A stretch of DNA of 64,000 bases from Lama glama. Its lineage: Eukaryota. The stretch's first letter is position 1. The number at the start of each line of letters is the position of its first letter. The stretch spans positions 6,078,001 through 6,142,000 of the forward strand of contig CM052832.1 of NCBI GenBank assembly GCA_028534125.1, in the 5' to 3' direction. Made by a program: the position numbers and the translations under genes. Under the pieces are notes generated by a model. The model did no database searches and was not told the origin of the DNA. It saw nothing but the letters and a program-made list of their open reading frames with translations. Below are positions 40,058 through 52,913 of this stretch, piece by piece.

Positions 40058-40557
40058 NNNNNNNNNNNNNNNNNNNNNNNNNNNNNNNNNNNNNNNNNNN
40101 NNNNNNNNNNNNNNNNNNNNNNNNNNNNNNNNNNNNNNNNNNNNNNNNNNNNNNNNNNNNNNNNNNNNNNNNNNNNNNNNNNNNNNNNNNNNNNNNNNNN
40201 NNNNNNNNNNNNNNNNNNNNNNNNNNNNNNNNNNNNNNNNNNNNNNNNNNNNNNNNNNNNNNNNNNNNNNNNNNNNNNNNNNNNNNNNNNNNNNNNNNNN
40301 NNNNNNNNNNNNNNNNNNNNNNNNNNNNNNNNNNNNNNNNNNNNNNNNNNNNNNNNNNNNNNNNNNNNNNNNNNNNNNNNNNNNNNNNNNNNNNNNNNNN
40401 NNNNNNNNNNNNNNNNNNNNNNNNNNNNNNNNNNNNNNNNNNNNNNNNNNNNNNNNNNNNNNNNNNNNNNNNNNNNNNNNNNNNNNNNNNNNNNNNNNNN
40501 NNNNNNNNNNNNNNNNNNNNNNNNNNNNNNNNNNNNNNNNNNNNNNNNNNNNNNNNN
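40058..40557. other. Assembly gap (500 N) inside intron 1
   Basis: Run of N. Confidence 1.
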
Positions 40558-41352
40558 GAGGTGTCTACGCCGCCTGGCTTTTGCCTTTTGATCATCTGTT
40601 AGCAGGTTTTATCAGCACCATCTCAGGAATAACTTGGTTCCCTTTTCTTTGTTATAATATCCACAGTAACTGAGATTCCTTTTGACCTACTAGTTTCATG
40701 CAGCATTAAAAAATTCTCTATCTCAGACTCGCAAGTGGTCTTCCTGCTGGTCCATGAGGAATAGACAAAAGTTGATCACTGCCTTGAATGGGCTCATTTT
40801 CTATTAGAAATGATGGGAATTTGGTAAGGGACAGGAATGACATAAACGTGTTGCACTTAGAAACGGCACAGGATTTTTTCCCCCATTTATTTGAAGGATG
40901 AGGTCATGGGATAAGACTTGTTAAGAGAGAAATAGACAGCAGCATCCTACATTGCGTCAGCACATCTGGGGGCTTCAGTCAAGTCCATCTCTGTGCCCTG
41001 GAGCAGAGGTGACATAACAGGATAGGTGTGGTCACCAAGGTGAGTGTGGACACCTGGGAAGCCTTTATTGCTGGTCATTTTGGAGCTGCCCTTGGAAATT
41101 TGCTTTCTCCTGTGTTTTATCTTTGACTCACTCCCTGAGCATTTGTAGTGCTCCTATGTCCTGCACAGTTTGGGGTGGTACACTTGATATTTGTTCATTT
41201 ACCCATTGTTGTTGGTGAAATAAAGTGTCCTAAGTAAATGAAATTTTTCAAATAACTGAAGTTTAAACTAGGATGGAACGTAGATGACTTCTGGAAAATA
41301 ATCTCCTTATGCTGCTTATAATTCTAAGCACCAAGTTAGGGTAATCTTTTTT

Positions 41353-41907
41353 TATATTTTATTTTTTATTGAAGTATAGTTGATTTACAATGGTGTGTTA
41401 GTTTCAGGTGTACAGCAAAATGATTCAAGTATACATACATATTCTTTTTCATTATGGGGTTTTATAAGGTATTAAATATAGTTCTGTGTGCTATACAGTA
41501 GTTCCTTGTTTATCTATTTTATATATAACAGTTAGTATCTGCAAAGCCCAAACTCCTAATTTATCCTCCCCCATCTTCCCCTTTGATAACCATAAGCTGT
41601 TTTCTATGTCTGTGCATCTGTGTGTTTTATAAATAAGTTCATTTATATCACTTTTTAGATCCCACATAGAAGTGGTATCATATGATATTTGTCTTTGTCT
41701 GGCTTACTTCACTTAGTGTGATAATCTTTAGGTCCATCCATGTTGCTGCAGATGGCATGATTTCATTCTTTTTTATGGCCGAGTAATATTCCACTATATA
41801 TACCACATCTTCTTTATCGTCTTCTGTTGAACATTTAATTGTTTCCGTGTCTTGGCTATTGTATGTAGTGCTGCTATGAATTTTGGGGTCCATGTATCTT
41901 TTTGAGT
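41353..41907 (-). mobile_element. 5'-truncated L1 3' end (~550 bp)
   Basis: ttgaagtatagttgatttacaatg...gtccatccatgttgctgcagatggc...; TSD gtaatctttttt at 41341-41352 and 41908-41919. Confidence 0.92.
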
Positions 41908-42723
41908 GTAATCTTTTTTATCAAATGAGAGGGGATGTTTTAAATTCCCCATTACATTTGCTAGTCACCTCAAGCTCCACACTGAGCATAATTCTTATAA
42001 ACCAGTTATGGCTCTGTTAAAACAGAGTGATATCCTCAGAGTCTTTGGAGGTGAAATTCTTTGCTCTTACTCTGAAGGATCCCAGCCTGCTGAATCTCCT
42101 ACATTATTGTGGCTACATGATGGTGGCCTTTTGGCTTCCTCACACTTGCTTCTATACCTGTGTCATCCCGGCAACCTCCTCCACCATCACCCATTAATGT
42201 GCTGCTTCTAATTAGTGATGGTCTGCAAATGCATTCATTTATTTAGTCAGCAAACCCTTGTCAGTTACACTACGCATCAGACACCGTCCTCGAGGGCTTG
42301 GAGAGCATCCGTAAAGAGATTCTGTTCTTATCCTCACAGGGCTTGTGCTCCAGAGGGGAAGACACACTAAGACAGATGATTGTGTAACTACAAAATTATG
42401 GTAGTCCTATAGGAAAAAATTGGGAATGAGGGGAGAACTTGACACCTGCTTTAAGTTGGGGAGGGGAGGGAAGGGATGGCATTTCAGAGGAAGTCCTGAC
42501 TCTAGTGAGATTTTGCATTTCATCCTAAGCCCTGAGTGAAGCCATTGAGAGTTCTAAGCAGGGGAGGAAAGGATCAGATGTGACATGTGAGTTGGACTGG
42601 GCATCAAAAAAGGAAGCCACAAGCTCACTACTCTTTGCTAGACTCTCTGAGGAGGTCTGAGGGTTCCTGTGCGTGAGCTCCTGGTCCCTGTATATTTTGA
42701 CATTTTTTTTTTTGACTGCTCAG

Positions 42724-42920
42724 CAGAGGTATTAGCAGGCTTTTTTCCCCCCCTATAAAGGGCCAGATAGTAAATACTCTTGTTTGCAGCCATATGGTCT
42801 CTTTTGCAGCTACCCACCTCTGCTGTTGTAGCGTGAAAGCTGCCGTAGACAATACCTAAATGAATGTCCATAAAACTTATTTACCAGAACAGGTGGCGTG
42901 CGGGATTTCAGTTGCCGACA
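42724..42920. mobile_element. MER58A-like hAT relic
   Basis: taaagggccagatagtaaata...ggtctcttttgcagctacccacctctgctgttgtagcgtgaaagctgccgtagacaata. Confidence 0.8.
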
Positions 42921-44227
42921 TTTGGCTCAGAGGATGCTTTGTTTATCGTTTCTGTGATCTTCATCATTGAGGTGCTTGAGCAAGGGAGGAAATGCAGTCT
43001 ATGTGGTTGTCCCTGGCCTGGAGCTGCTTATAATCATTACGGGAAGATAAATATATACAGTTATGAAGCCATCAACAGACATTACATGGCAATATGTAAT
43101 TAGGCACCAAAATGATGGACAAAAACAGGAAATACGATGGAGAGTTCGCTCATTGGCTTGGAATCTGAGTGTCTAGGAATGGTTGTAAAGGCTTCCTGGA
43201 GAAGATGGAACTTGACAAATGATCACAGATACCTGGAAGGTTCGAGTTGAATACAACCTAGTCCAACCTGCTAATTGAACACGCATGTAAAGCCAGGTCC
43301 ATTTGATCTTAAGGCAGAGAGTCTGGATAAGAATATAAGTCCTCTGTTCTCTAGATCTTTGCCCAGTTCTTCTTATTTCAGGTCTGGTCCTCCCGCAGGC
43401 TGGAAATATGTATCTCATAGAGTCATAATAATAATAGAGTAGGAGAAGGGAGAGGTTCCAAGCTAAGGGTTGAATGGAGACTTCTTTTGTTCTTGAAGGA
43501 AAGGGGTCCTCAAAAGACTGAGAGCAGCCTGGGTGTAGCTGTCATTTGGGATGAGAAGGAAAGCAAAGAGAAGCCGGGATGTAGAGTGGGAGCAGAAGGA
43601 AGCAAACTTACTTTATAGAAGCATTCCTGTGCACACCAACACATGGACAAGGAAACAATCCATGAGCCTCAGGAGGAAAAAGCTCTAAATTCTTCAAGAT
43701 GGGCATGTTCAAAGTCATAGCCATACTACTGAAGAGCACCTGACTGTTATAAAGAAGGAAGTAGCCTCTGTGTTCCAACATAGAAAGGTTTCAGTGATGT
43801 AGTATTAGGAAGTGAACAAAAGCAGATCACAGAACAGTGTGTATGACCTGTCCCCTTTATATGTGTAAAACCAAACCAAACCAAGAGTGGCTGAAATGGC
43901 CAACTGGAAGTGTGTATGTGTGTTTTATGTGTAAATGCTCAGAAAATGGTCTGGAAAGATGCACAGTGAAATGAACAGTGAGTGTCTGGGGAGGGGCCAG
44001 ATGTGAGCAGAGATTTAAACATTTTTACTCTATTTTACAATTAAGAGAATTGCTACAAGAATGTGTATTTTTGTTATAGACATGATAATTTAAAAAGAGC
44101 AATATGAAAACAGTAAAAGGGTCCACGTTGGGTGAGAGGCAGAGGGAGGGGCTCTGACCGTGGAACTGGGCTCTGATTCCCAGAATCCGAGGTCATTAGG
44201 GCCTGAGGGGGGCTGTCTTATTAGTTC

Positions 44228-44400
44228 AGGGGGTCCCAAAACTGAGTTGGGCATCAGAATCACTTGGAAAATTTAACAACAAAACAAACCAAAACCCTGA
44301 ATTCCTGGCCCCGTTGCAGAGTCACATGGTCTCAGGTGATGGGCTGGAGATGTGGATGTTTTGAAAAGCTTCTCAATTTTTTGATTCTGCATTTGAGGCC
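44228..44400. mobile_element. MER5A-like relic
   Basis: cccaaaactgag...gcatcagaatcacttggaaa...ttcctggcccc...tgattctg. Confidence 0.6.
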
Positions 44401-44756
44401 TGAGGCTTTGTTTAAAACTTTGGTTTAATTTCCCTGCCTCTGTGCAGAGGAGGAAGCAGGGCTCTTGACCAGGCAGAACGAGCTTCAGGAATTCTGGTTC
44501 CTATTCTCTTGAACTTTTTTCAGTGACTCTATCTCCCGATTCAGGTTTGTTTTCCCCAAGATTAGCTTTTAAGTATCATCTGAACTTATTTTCACATTTT
44601 ACAGGAAATGTTCTTCAATATTGTTTTTGACCTTGATTGCTGTCCCCCATCTCCCCATTGTTCACCCCCAGAATCGTCTTTGAGGATGAGTTTTTACGTC
44701 ATTTTGATTTTCTTAGAAACCAGAGGGTTGCCACCCATCTAGTGGGAAAAGCTCTA

Positions 44757-44875
44757 TTTTTTTTTTAACTGAAGTATAGTTGACTTACAATGTCATGTTA
44801 ATTTCTGGCATACAGCGTAGTGATTCATTTATACACACACACATACATATATATATATTTCTTTCATATTCTTCT
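44757..44875 (-). mobile_element. Short L1 3' end
   Basis: poly(T)+aactgaagtatagttgacttacaatg. Confidence 0.8.
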
Positions 44876-45609
44876 AATTTTAAATTGACTAAAAGGCCTT
44901 AGGAAAATAACTTTTCTCGGGTGCCACCTGCATGTCTGTTAAGAGAAGGGAACATTGCCCCCTCTTCGTCTCGACAGGGTTTCTGTGACAATGAAGAGCC
45001 CAGGGAGCAGTTTCTCTAGCTTTGTAGCTCAGATGGGTTTAGCTGTTAACTTTGAAGCTGGGAGAGCTCTTAGCAGTCTCTCCAGGGCAATGGTTTTCAA
45101 ACTTGTTTTAGGACTGAAACTTCCTTCCAATGAATTCTTACTTGGACCCCCCCGGCAGATTGGTAAATCAGAGCTGCTGTGTCTGAGGCAGAAATGGGGG
45201 CGCTTAGAGCCCTCCTTCCCGTCCCTGCCCGAGGGAAAGCCCTGAGAGCTGTGCTCTGCGACGTGCTTTCTTGGGTCCAGTTTGAAAACCGGTGACTTCT
45301 TCCCCTTTCTTCTTCCATCGGCCATTGTTCCCCAGATCCAGCTGATCTGACCTCTCAAGTCTGCTGCCTTCGCCTCTTTTCACAGCCACCACCTGAGTCC
45401 AAGTCACCCCCAACTTTCACCTTGGTCTCCACCTTTTAAGTGGATTTTCTTATCTACTCCGCTTACCCCAGAACCCCTTTCACCCTCCTCTTTGCAGCCA
45501 GATAGCATTTTTATTCACAGATGTGATTATCTGCCACTTCCCCCCATCCTCCAATATACACATGTCATGACCTCATTGCATTTTGGATTAAGATCAAAAT
45601 GTGGAACCA

Positions 45610-45696
45610 GGGGGAGGATATAGCTCAGTGGTAGAGCGCATGCGTAGCATGCACGAGGTCCTGGGTTCAATCTCTAATACTTCCTTTTAAAAAAAT
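45610..45696 (+). mobile_element. tRNA-Ala-derived SINE (Vic-1-like, short form)
   Basis: gggggaggatatagctcagtggtagagcgcatgcgtagcatgcacgaggtcctgggttcaatc + A-tail; Pol III A/B boxes. Confidence 0.85.
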
Positions 45697-46965
45697 GATG
45701 TGGCACTTCTCCAATTTTAACTATGGCCACTGTAGTGCATCTTGAGGTTTCCTCAAAGGCTTTCAGAAATTTCCTTCTGTTTCAGACCTTCACTCTGAGG
45801 CTCCTTCTGCCTCATCTCCTCCGCTTCCCCTGCCCAGAGTTAGGCACTGCTTCTCCACCCCTCAGCTCCGTAAGTTCAACTCCATAAGGGCTGGAATAGA
45901 GTTCTCAAGATCCAACGGTCAGCTCGTGGGCCCGGTGCCTGGTACACACATAGTAGGTCTTCAGTAAATATCTGTCCCGTGAATTAAGTGTCCAGTTTTT
46001 ACACAAACCTCATTTCCAGTGTTCAGCCGGGGTTTGGCTGCATCTTAGCTCTCACTTGTAGGCGCTGGATTTGCCTCCGGTAGCAGGAGGTGATTTAAAG
46101 GTCCATTTTTAGAGCCACGTTGTCCAAAGTGGGTTACCTAGTGGGATGCAGTTGAAAGATCCCTGAGCTTTGCTTTAATTAGAAACTTACCCAGTTATTC
46201 TAAATGAACAAAGAACTGAAAAATCCATGGAATTGAGTGGGGAAACGTGTGGGTGTATGGGATCTGGAGGTGGGTTTTGTGTGGTGTGAGGGTGACCTCT
46301 GGGAATCGGACATCAGGAGACTGATGCAGAATCTAGTAACATCCCTGAGACTAGGTTTAGACGTGCGTACCCTGGGGAGACATACGAAGCTGCAGGAAGC
46401 CAAGCCCCAACCCCACACCCAGGCACACCTGCAGTGAACTCATGACCCCCGTGTTCTGCAGAGCCACCCCCCTGGGTGTGTGACTGGCTGACTACCCAGC
46501 CTTCCTGCTCAGATAGGCGGCCAGACTCCAGTCCCACAATGAATCAGGCGATGCTGGTCCCCGATCACTGCTCTCTGACCAGATTGTCCTTCCCATTCTC
46601 TGCGCTCATGTAATCTGCACAAGTGGAGTAACCTGTTATTTTCATGTGTCTCAGACTTCCAGAGCACTGTGGTTATCCAAAACTGCTTTTACACTTAGAA
46701 CTAGATTCCAAGTGGCTAGAGGAAGTGCGGCACAGGGCCACTCTTGTAGCCTCTTGGGTTGGGTCCTTAGCTTTGGGGAGACTGGGACAAGATGTGTCCT
46801 CATGGACTTGCCAAGTGGCACTTGGGAGCCCAAGCTGGTAATAGGTTTTCTTCCCTCAATCTCATGCGTCTGCTGTGCCCAGAAAGGGGAGGCTGGGGCT
46901 GATTTTGCAACTAGAAGGAGCAAGAAAAAGAAAAGATAAAGCCAGAGAAAGGGAAGATATTATAG

Positions 46966-47140
46966 AATTTATTTATTTATTTATTTATTTTTAAACTTTT
47001 TTTTTATTGAGTTATAGTCATTTTACAATGTTGTGTCAAATTCCAGTGTAGAGTACAATTTTTCAGTTATACATGAACATACATATATTCATTGTCACAT
47101 TTTTTATCTCCCTGTGAGCTACCACAAGATCTTGTATATA
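46966..47140 (-). mobile_element. Short L1 3' end of a distinct subfamily with (TTTA)n tail
   Basis: (atttt/attt)n + gagttatagtcattttacaatgttgtgtcaaattccagtgtagag...ctaccacaagatcttgtata. Confidence 0.75.
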
Positions 47141-48172
47141 CAGGATTTATTATGATTAAGCAAGAGCAAGATCCTTTTTCTTTAGAGCCCAATATGAAGT
47201 TAAGTTTCTTACCAAGAAAATCAGCCACTCTCCCTTTTTTTTTTTTTGGTCTCAGATTAAAGAAAAGATGAATCTATGCTTATCAGCTGAAAATTTGTTT
47301 TTAATATTGTCATTTGACTGGAGGCATTGCTGGGATAGGGGGAAGGACTTCAGGGGAAAAATTTGGGGCTCAAATAGTTAAATTTTGAGACGAAGGGGAC
47401 TTGAATCTTAGGGTTTAAGTTTCAGGTTGCTGAGAGAACAGGAACTCTGTTCACTTAAAAATTTAATTTTTATTTTTTGCTTTTTTCTCTCAACAGCTGG
47501 TATAGCGGCAGATTTGGAAGGAATTTGCCTCGTAGGGTGGCAGGCAGTTTGAGACAGGCATTATTTTCTTGACATATAACCTTTCTCCATTTTGAAAAGG
47601 ACAGTGCAGACTTTTCTTGTTGGAACCTCTCAGTCTTCACTCATGCAGAAAAGCTCATTTTTAATATTCATTCTTAAATGTCTCCCCCGCCCCTGCTCTG
47701 CAGGACCTCAGGATTTTGAACCACAGATATAATTTCCTTTCCCTCAAATTTTCTTTCGGGAAACTAGTCTAAAATCCTGTCTAGCTGATGACATTTCTGT
47801 TCTATGAACTAAATCGAAATATTTATTGAATTCTTGTCAGGCCCAGTTTTGGGCTTGGGCTCCTGGGTGGCTGCAGGTCATCCACACCGATGACACGGCC
47901 TTCAGAGGCTCATCGAGCAGGATGCGCTTCTAAAAGCATTAATTCTGCTGTTTAAAGCACATTAAGAATGTCAAGGGGCTGCCTCTGTTTCACAAAATAA
48001 AAGCAAAAACAAGCAGGATTCAGCTTTGTAAAGACGAAACCTTTGAAAAAATCCTGCCATGTCTACTGGGTAACTCCAACTGGGCCACCTGGTCTTATGG
48101 AAGCAGCAGCTCAAGTATTTGCCGTCTTGCTTCTTGGTTGATTTGTCCTGGTATCAAGAAATGGCAAGGCAT

Positions 48173-48267
48173 GGGGGGAGGGTATAGCTCAGTGGTAGAA
48201 TGTGTGCTTAGCCTGCACGAGGTCCTGGGTTCAATCCCCAGTGCCTCCATTAAAAAATGTGTGTGTA

Positions 48268-48309
<42 letters not shown>

Positions 48310-48394
48310 GATATATAAACCTAGTTATTTACTTACTATATTTATATTAAATAAACCTAATTACATCCGTCCCCCATCAAAAAAAAAAAAAAAA
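48173..48394 (+). mobile_element. tRNA-Ala-derived SINE (Vic-1-like) with internal (TCTA)n microsatellite
   Basis: ggggagggtatagctcagtggtagaatgtgtgcttagcctgcacgaggtcctgggttcaatccccagtgcctcc; (TCTA)~10 at ~48269-48309; poly(A); degenerate TSD aaga(a/g)a(t/c)ggcaa. Confidence 0.9.
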
Positions 48395-48850
48395 GAGACG
48401 GCAACTGTTGGGCCACGGAAGGAAGACCCTATTTGGCAAGTTATTTTCTCTTGCAATAGGATTTAACATTAGGATTAAAAATGTGTAGCATTTTTAATGT
48501 AAGTCACAAAGTGCTTTCACATTCACATTCTCAGTTGAATTTCTAATTGATCTGAGAGGTACCATCCGCTTCATTTTACAGACTGGAAAAAGGGAAGCGA
48601 GGCTAAGGTCAAAAGGCAACAAAACCAAAGCTCCACAGCCAGCAGTTCAGGCCCCATATGGAACTGGATGGAATTTTTGTTTCTCGCTTTCTGTTTTGTT
48701 GCAGCCCTAGTGTCAAGAGGATACAGTCCTGGTCAGACCTTTAATAGGAAGGGTGATGGTGGGGTTGGGATTGTCCCATCTGTCCTCCTCCTCTTCCTGT
48801 ATAACACCTTCTTGGGTTTTATTCCTCCCCCATCCCTTTCTTTCTTTCAG

Positions 48851-49499
48851 CTTGGATTTCTCAGTACCACCATGGCTCAGCCGGAACAGAAGGCCCCGAG
48901 TATCCCTGGCAAATACCACCATGTTGACCGTGTCACCGGCCAGGTGCTGATCTGTGACAAGTGTCCGGCAGGAACCTATGTGTCTGAACACTGTACCAAC
49001 ACAAGCCTGCGTGTCTGCAGCCGCTGCCCCGTGGGGACCTTCACCAGACACGAGAATGGCATAGAGAGATGCCACGAGTGTACTCTGCCATGCCCCTGGC
49101 CGATGGTGGAGAAATTACCTTGTGCTGCCTTGACTGACCGAGAATGCACTTGCCCACCTGGCATGTTCCAGGCGAATGCTACCTGCGCCCCCCACACGGT
49201 GTGCCCTGTGGGTTGGGGGGTGCGGAAGAAAGGGACGGAGGCCGAGGACGTGCGGTGCAAGCAGTGCGCTCGGGGTACCTTCTCTGATGTGCCTTCCAGT
49301 GTGATGCGATGCAAAGCCCACACAGATTGTCTGAGTCAGAACCTGGTGGTGATCAAACCGGGGACCAAGGAAGCAGACAACGTCTGCGGCCCGCTTCCGT
49401 CCTCCAGCCCAGCCCCGCCTTCCCCGGGCACAGCCATCTTTTCACGCCCCGAGCACACGCAACCCCACCTCGTCCCTTCCTCCACTTACGTTCCCAAAG
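48851..49499 (+). CDS. TNFRSF21: TNFRSF21 coding exon 2: end of signal peptide and four TNFR cysteine-rich domains
   Basis: Polypyrimidine tract and acceptor tttctttcag|CTT; translation [14 protein letters not shown]...[22 protein letters not shown]...STYVPK matches DR6; 649 nt; phase-1 donor AAAG|gtaact. Confidence 0.98.
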
Positions 49500-51039
49500 G
49501 TAACTTAACCTCGTGAGTTACGTGTTTGTGGAAGGCCTCGAGCCCAGCGGAGGTGCCCAGAATGGGCTTGGACCCGGGATGTGCTCTCCATTTTGTCTAT
49601 TCGAAAGTCACTCCTCGAAGAAGGGCCTTGCATTTTGTGGCTCTTTAAATTCTGGCTCCTTTGGACCCATTAGAGACATTTAGACTCAGAAGTTATCTAT
49701 TGGGGGGATCAAGTATCTGAAAACTAGGTTACCTCCAGCTAGAAAATAACGCAGAGAAACAAGGTCAGTGGGGGGCCTCATGTAAGTCGCTGAACTTCCT
49801 CAGGCCTTGGTCTCAAACTTGGCAATCATAAGACACAGTAAATGAGTGGTTTACATGTTTTAAGGTCCCTTCCAGTTGAAAAGTTTTCCAACACCCAGTA
49901 GGTCCTGGAGAGACACAGCCTGAAGGTCAGAAAGAAGGGGAGAGAAATACCATGACATCTGGAAGGGAAGGGATGACTGTTGGGTGTGAGGTGGGGCAGA
50001 GAACAGCAAACTAGGGCAGACGCTTCAGGAAACAAACATAGTTGCATCACACTGAAGGTGACTCTCTGGAAAATAGTTTCTTTTGTTCAGACGATTTGAA
50101 CTTTATGTTCTCCATCAAGTATATCCCGGTTTCCCCCAGAATGCATTTTGAACCATAGGCAAGAATAAAATTTAGTTTTTTATTTTTAAATACTTTTTGA
50201 TTGAATTGAATTTCCATGAGATAGTAGCCCAACGTGAGCTGTGCTTTCCAGTGAACTCTCACGAGTGGTTACCTTTGACGGTCGTGTAAGGAGGGCCTTC
50301 CTGCGACCGCCATTTGGAAGTGAAGAAACAGGCTCGGAGAGCTTATGTGACCTGTCCAGGTTTCCTCAGAGGCTGATGCAGGCCAGGCCTTGGGACTCGA
50401 AATCCCTGGCTCTCACACCCCTTTTGAAGAACACTTGTGGAAGCTTCTCTGGAAGTCCACTAAGCTGCCGGCCCCATCTTGCTTCTCTAATAATAGCACA
50501 TACTGAGCCAGCCCTGTCTTATCTCACTGACCTATGTCACCATACCATTCGCTGGTCACACTTGAATTTGAGTTTGAGCTCTTTTCTATACGCTTAGTTA
50601 CATTCTCCCTTTTACGATGGAGATTTATTTCATGATGGGGTCATGAAATAGCCAAAAGGTGGGAGAGGAGGAATAAAGGAATTAAAGGACAAAGGAATTC
50701 AGCTGGAACTAGTTCTCTGAATAATCGAAACATTTAAGAGTGGACTCAGTGTGTGCAGAGCAGGACAAGCTGCTGTGATGCTCACATGTTGGATTCCTCA
50801 AGGATGCCCTTGGCCTTAACATAAGGACATGAGTTTAGCTGTTAAGTTGAGTTTCTACCTTCCACGTAATGGTGCTGTTAGGGTCTTTATGAAAACATGC
50901 ATTGTTCTTTATTCTTAAGCTCTGAAGTTCATCTCTTCTTTGATTATCTGGCCTGGTCTGGAGATGATGAGGCAGAGGAGGGAGTGTGTAGACCCCACCT
51001 ATAGAAAAGCTCTTCCCCACTCCTTACTCTTTTTTCTAG

Positions 51040-51537
51040 GCATGAACTCAACAGAATCCAACTCTTCTGCCTCTGTTAGACCAAAGGTGCCGTCGAGCGG
51101 CATCCGGGAGGGGACCGTCCCTGACAACACAAGCTCAGCGAAGCGGGAGGAAGGCAGGAACCAGACCCTCCCCAGCCTCCAGGTCGTCAGCCACCAGCAA
51201 GGCCCCCACCACAGACACATCCTGAAGCTGCTGCCGTCCATGGAGGCCACGGGGGGCGAGAAGTCCAGCACGCCCCTCAAGGGCCTCAAGAGGGGCCACC
51301 CCAGGCAGAACCCCCACAAGCATTTCGACATCAATGAGCATCTGCCCTGGATGATCGTGCTCTTCCTGCTGCTGGTGCTTGTGGTGATAGTGGTGTGCAG
51401 TGTCCGGAAGAGCTCCAGGACACTGAAGAAGGGGCCGCGGCAGGACCCCAGCGCCATCGTGGAAAAGGCCGGGCTGAAGAAGTCCATGACCCCAGCCCCA
51501 CAGCGGGAGAAGTGGATCTACTACTGCAACGGCCACG
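51040..51537 (+). CDS. TNFRSF21: TNFRSF21 coding exon 3: stalk, transmembrane helix ([18 protein letters not shown]), juxtamembrane region
   Basis: Acceptor tttttctag|GC ATG; (G)[15 protein letters not shown]...[49 protein letters not shown]...[10 protein letters not shown](G) matches DR6; 498 nt, phase 1-1; donor CACG|gtgagc. Gene is 3'-incomplete in this window (no death-domain exon found). Confidence 0.98.
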
Positions 51538-51882
51538 GTGAGCCTTCCGTCTTTTCTCCTCACTTCCCGATGCCCCAGCCTCTCCCTCCCTAGTCCCCGT
51601 TGGCAGAAGGAAAGGAACATGCAGAGTTTCTGGAATCTCTTCTGTGCACCAAATGCTGGCTGATCTAGTTGCGTTAGGAAAGATGAGGTGGTCAGCCTTC
51701 GACGCCCTACGTTCAGGGAGAATCACCCCTCTGCCCCCGGTTCTCCTGGCATGTTTAAAGGAGAGTGTTGTGGGATCAGAGACCTGCGAATGACCTCTAG
51801 GGGCTTTGTTCAACCTTCTCATTTAACAAGCGAGGGAATCAAGTTCAGAGAGGCTTGGCTGCGCTGACCCAGGGTAGTCTTT

Positions 51883-52225
51883 TTTTTTTTTCAATTGCAG
51901 TATAGTCAGTTTACAATATTGCGTTAGTTTCTGGTGTACAGCTTAGTGATTCCATTATGCATATATATACGTTCCTTTTCATATCCTTTTTCATTATAAG
52001 CTATTATAAGATAGTGAATATAGTTCCCTGGGCTCTACAGTAGGACCTTACTGTTTTTCTGTTTTACGTATAGTAGTTCGTGTCTGCTAATCCCAAACTC
52101 CCAATTTATCCCCCCATTTCCACTTTGGTAACCGTAAGTTTGTTTTCTACGTCTGTGAGTCTGTTTCTGTTTTGTAAGTACATTCATTTGTGTCACTTTA
52201 GATTCCACATATAAGTGATGTCATG
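51883..52225 (-). mobile_element. 5'-truncated L1 3' end with perfect 18-bp TSD
   Basis: TSD tgacccagggtagtcttt at 51865-51882 and 52226-52243. Confidence 0.93.
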
Positions 52226-52913
52226 TGACCCAGGGTAGTCTTTGGTTCAGGACAGATGGGACTGACTCAGTGTCTCCCGACTTTGGAGTCCTCACTACCT
52301 CCCACGAGTCTGCTAAGAAAATAAGAGGGAGGCAAAAATAAATACAGCTTGCCTTAAGTTTGCCTTTTTGAATTTGAACCTTGCTTTTAGATTCCTAGCC
52401 CTTTTCTCACATGTACTTTTCCCCTCTTACATTTTTAGGACCCCATTTCTATCAGGAAGATAGGAAGGTCTCTTGGAGTTCAGACACCTGAACCTTAGTT
52501 TACAGATGGTCGTCTGATGCTGGGTTCTGTATCTTTTCCTTAGTGGTCAGTGTGTGTGGTGGGTCCAGGCTGGGAAATCTCAGTTTTTCCTCTTTTGAAA
52601 GCAAAAACTAACTTCTAGAATTTGTCTTAGCAGCTAAGTTTGAGTTGAAGGCTGCAGTTTTCAGACTGTGGCGGTAACTTCCCTTTCCTTAATATTGAAT
52701 GAAATTTCAGCCCGAAGTTTTGATAATTCCGTTTGGGATCTTTCTCCTTAAAGATGAAGGCTGAGACTTACCTTCCTGAAAAGTGGTTTGGCCTTTTGTA
52801 TTGAGCCTTAAAAATCTTCATACCTTTCAGCCCAGCAGTTCTATTTTTGTGAATCTACCAGAAAGATAAAAACCAGAAACACACACAAAATATTTAAGCA
52901 CAAAGATCTTGAA

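Noticed and set aside
39843..40673. Long ORFs spanning N runs (also at 14446-15007 and 22423-22977)
   Set aside because: Artefacts of translating through assembly gaps.
45610..45690. Apparent tRNA-Ala genes (also 38270-38335, 48175-48250, 58880-58950)
   Set aside because: They have A-rich tails, TSD-like flanks and stem-breaking substitutions, so they are SINE copies, not tRNA genes.
50999..51822. Antisense ORFs of ~160 aa over exon 3 (and 48713-49323 over exon 2)
   Set aside because: Shadow ORFs of GC-rich coding exons; no independent splice or homology support.
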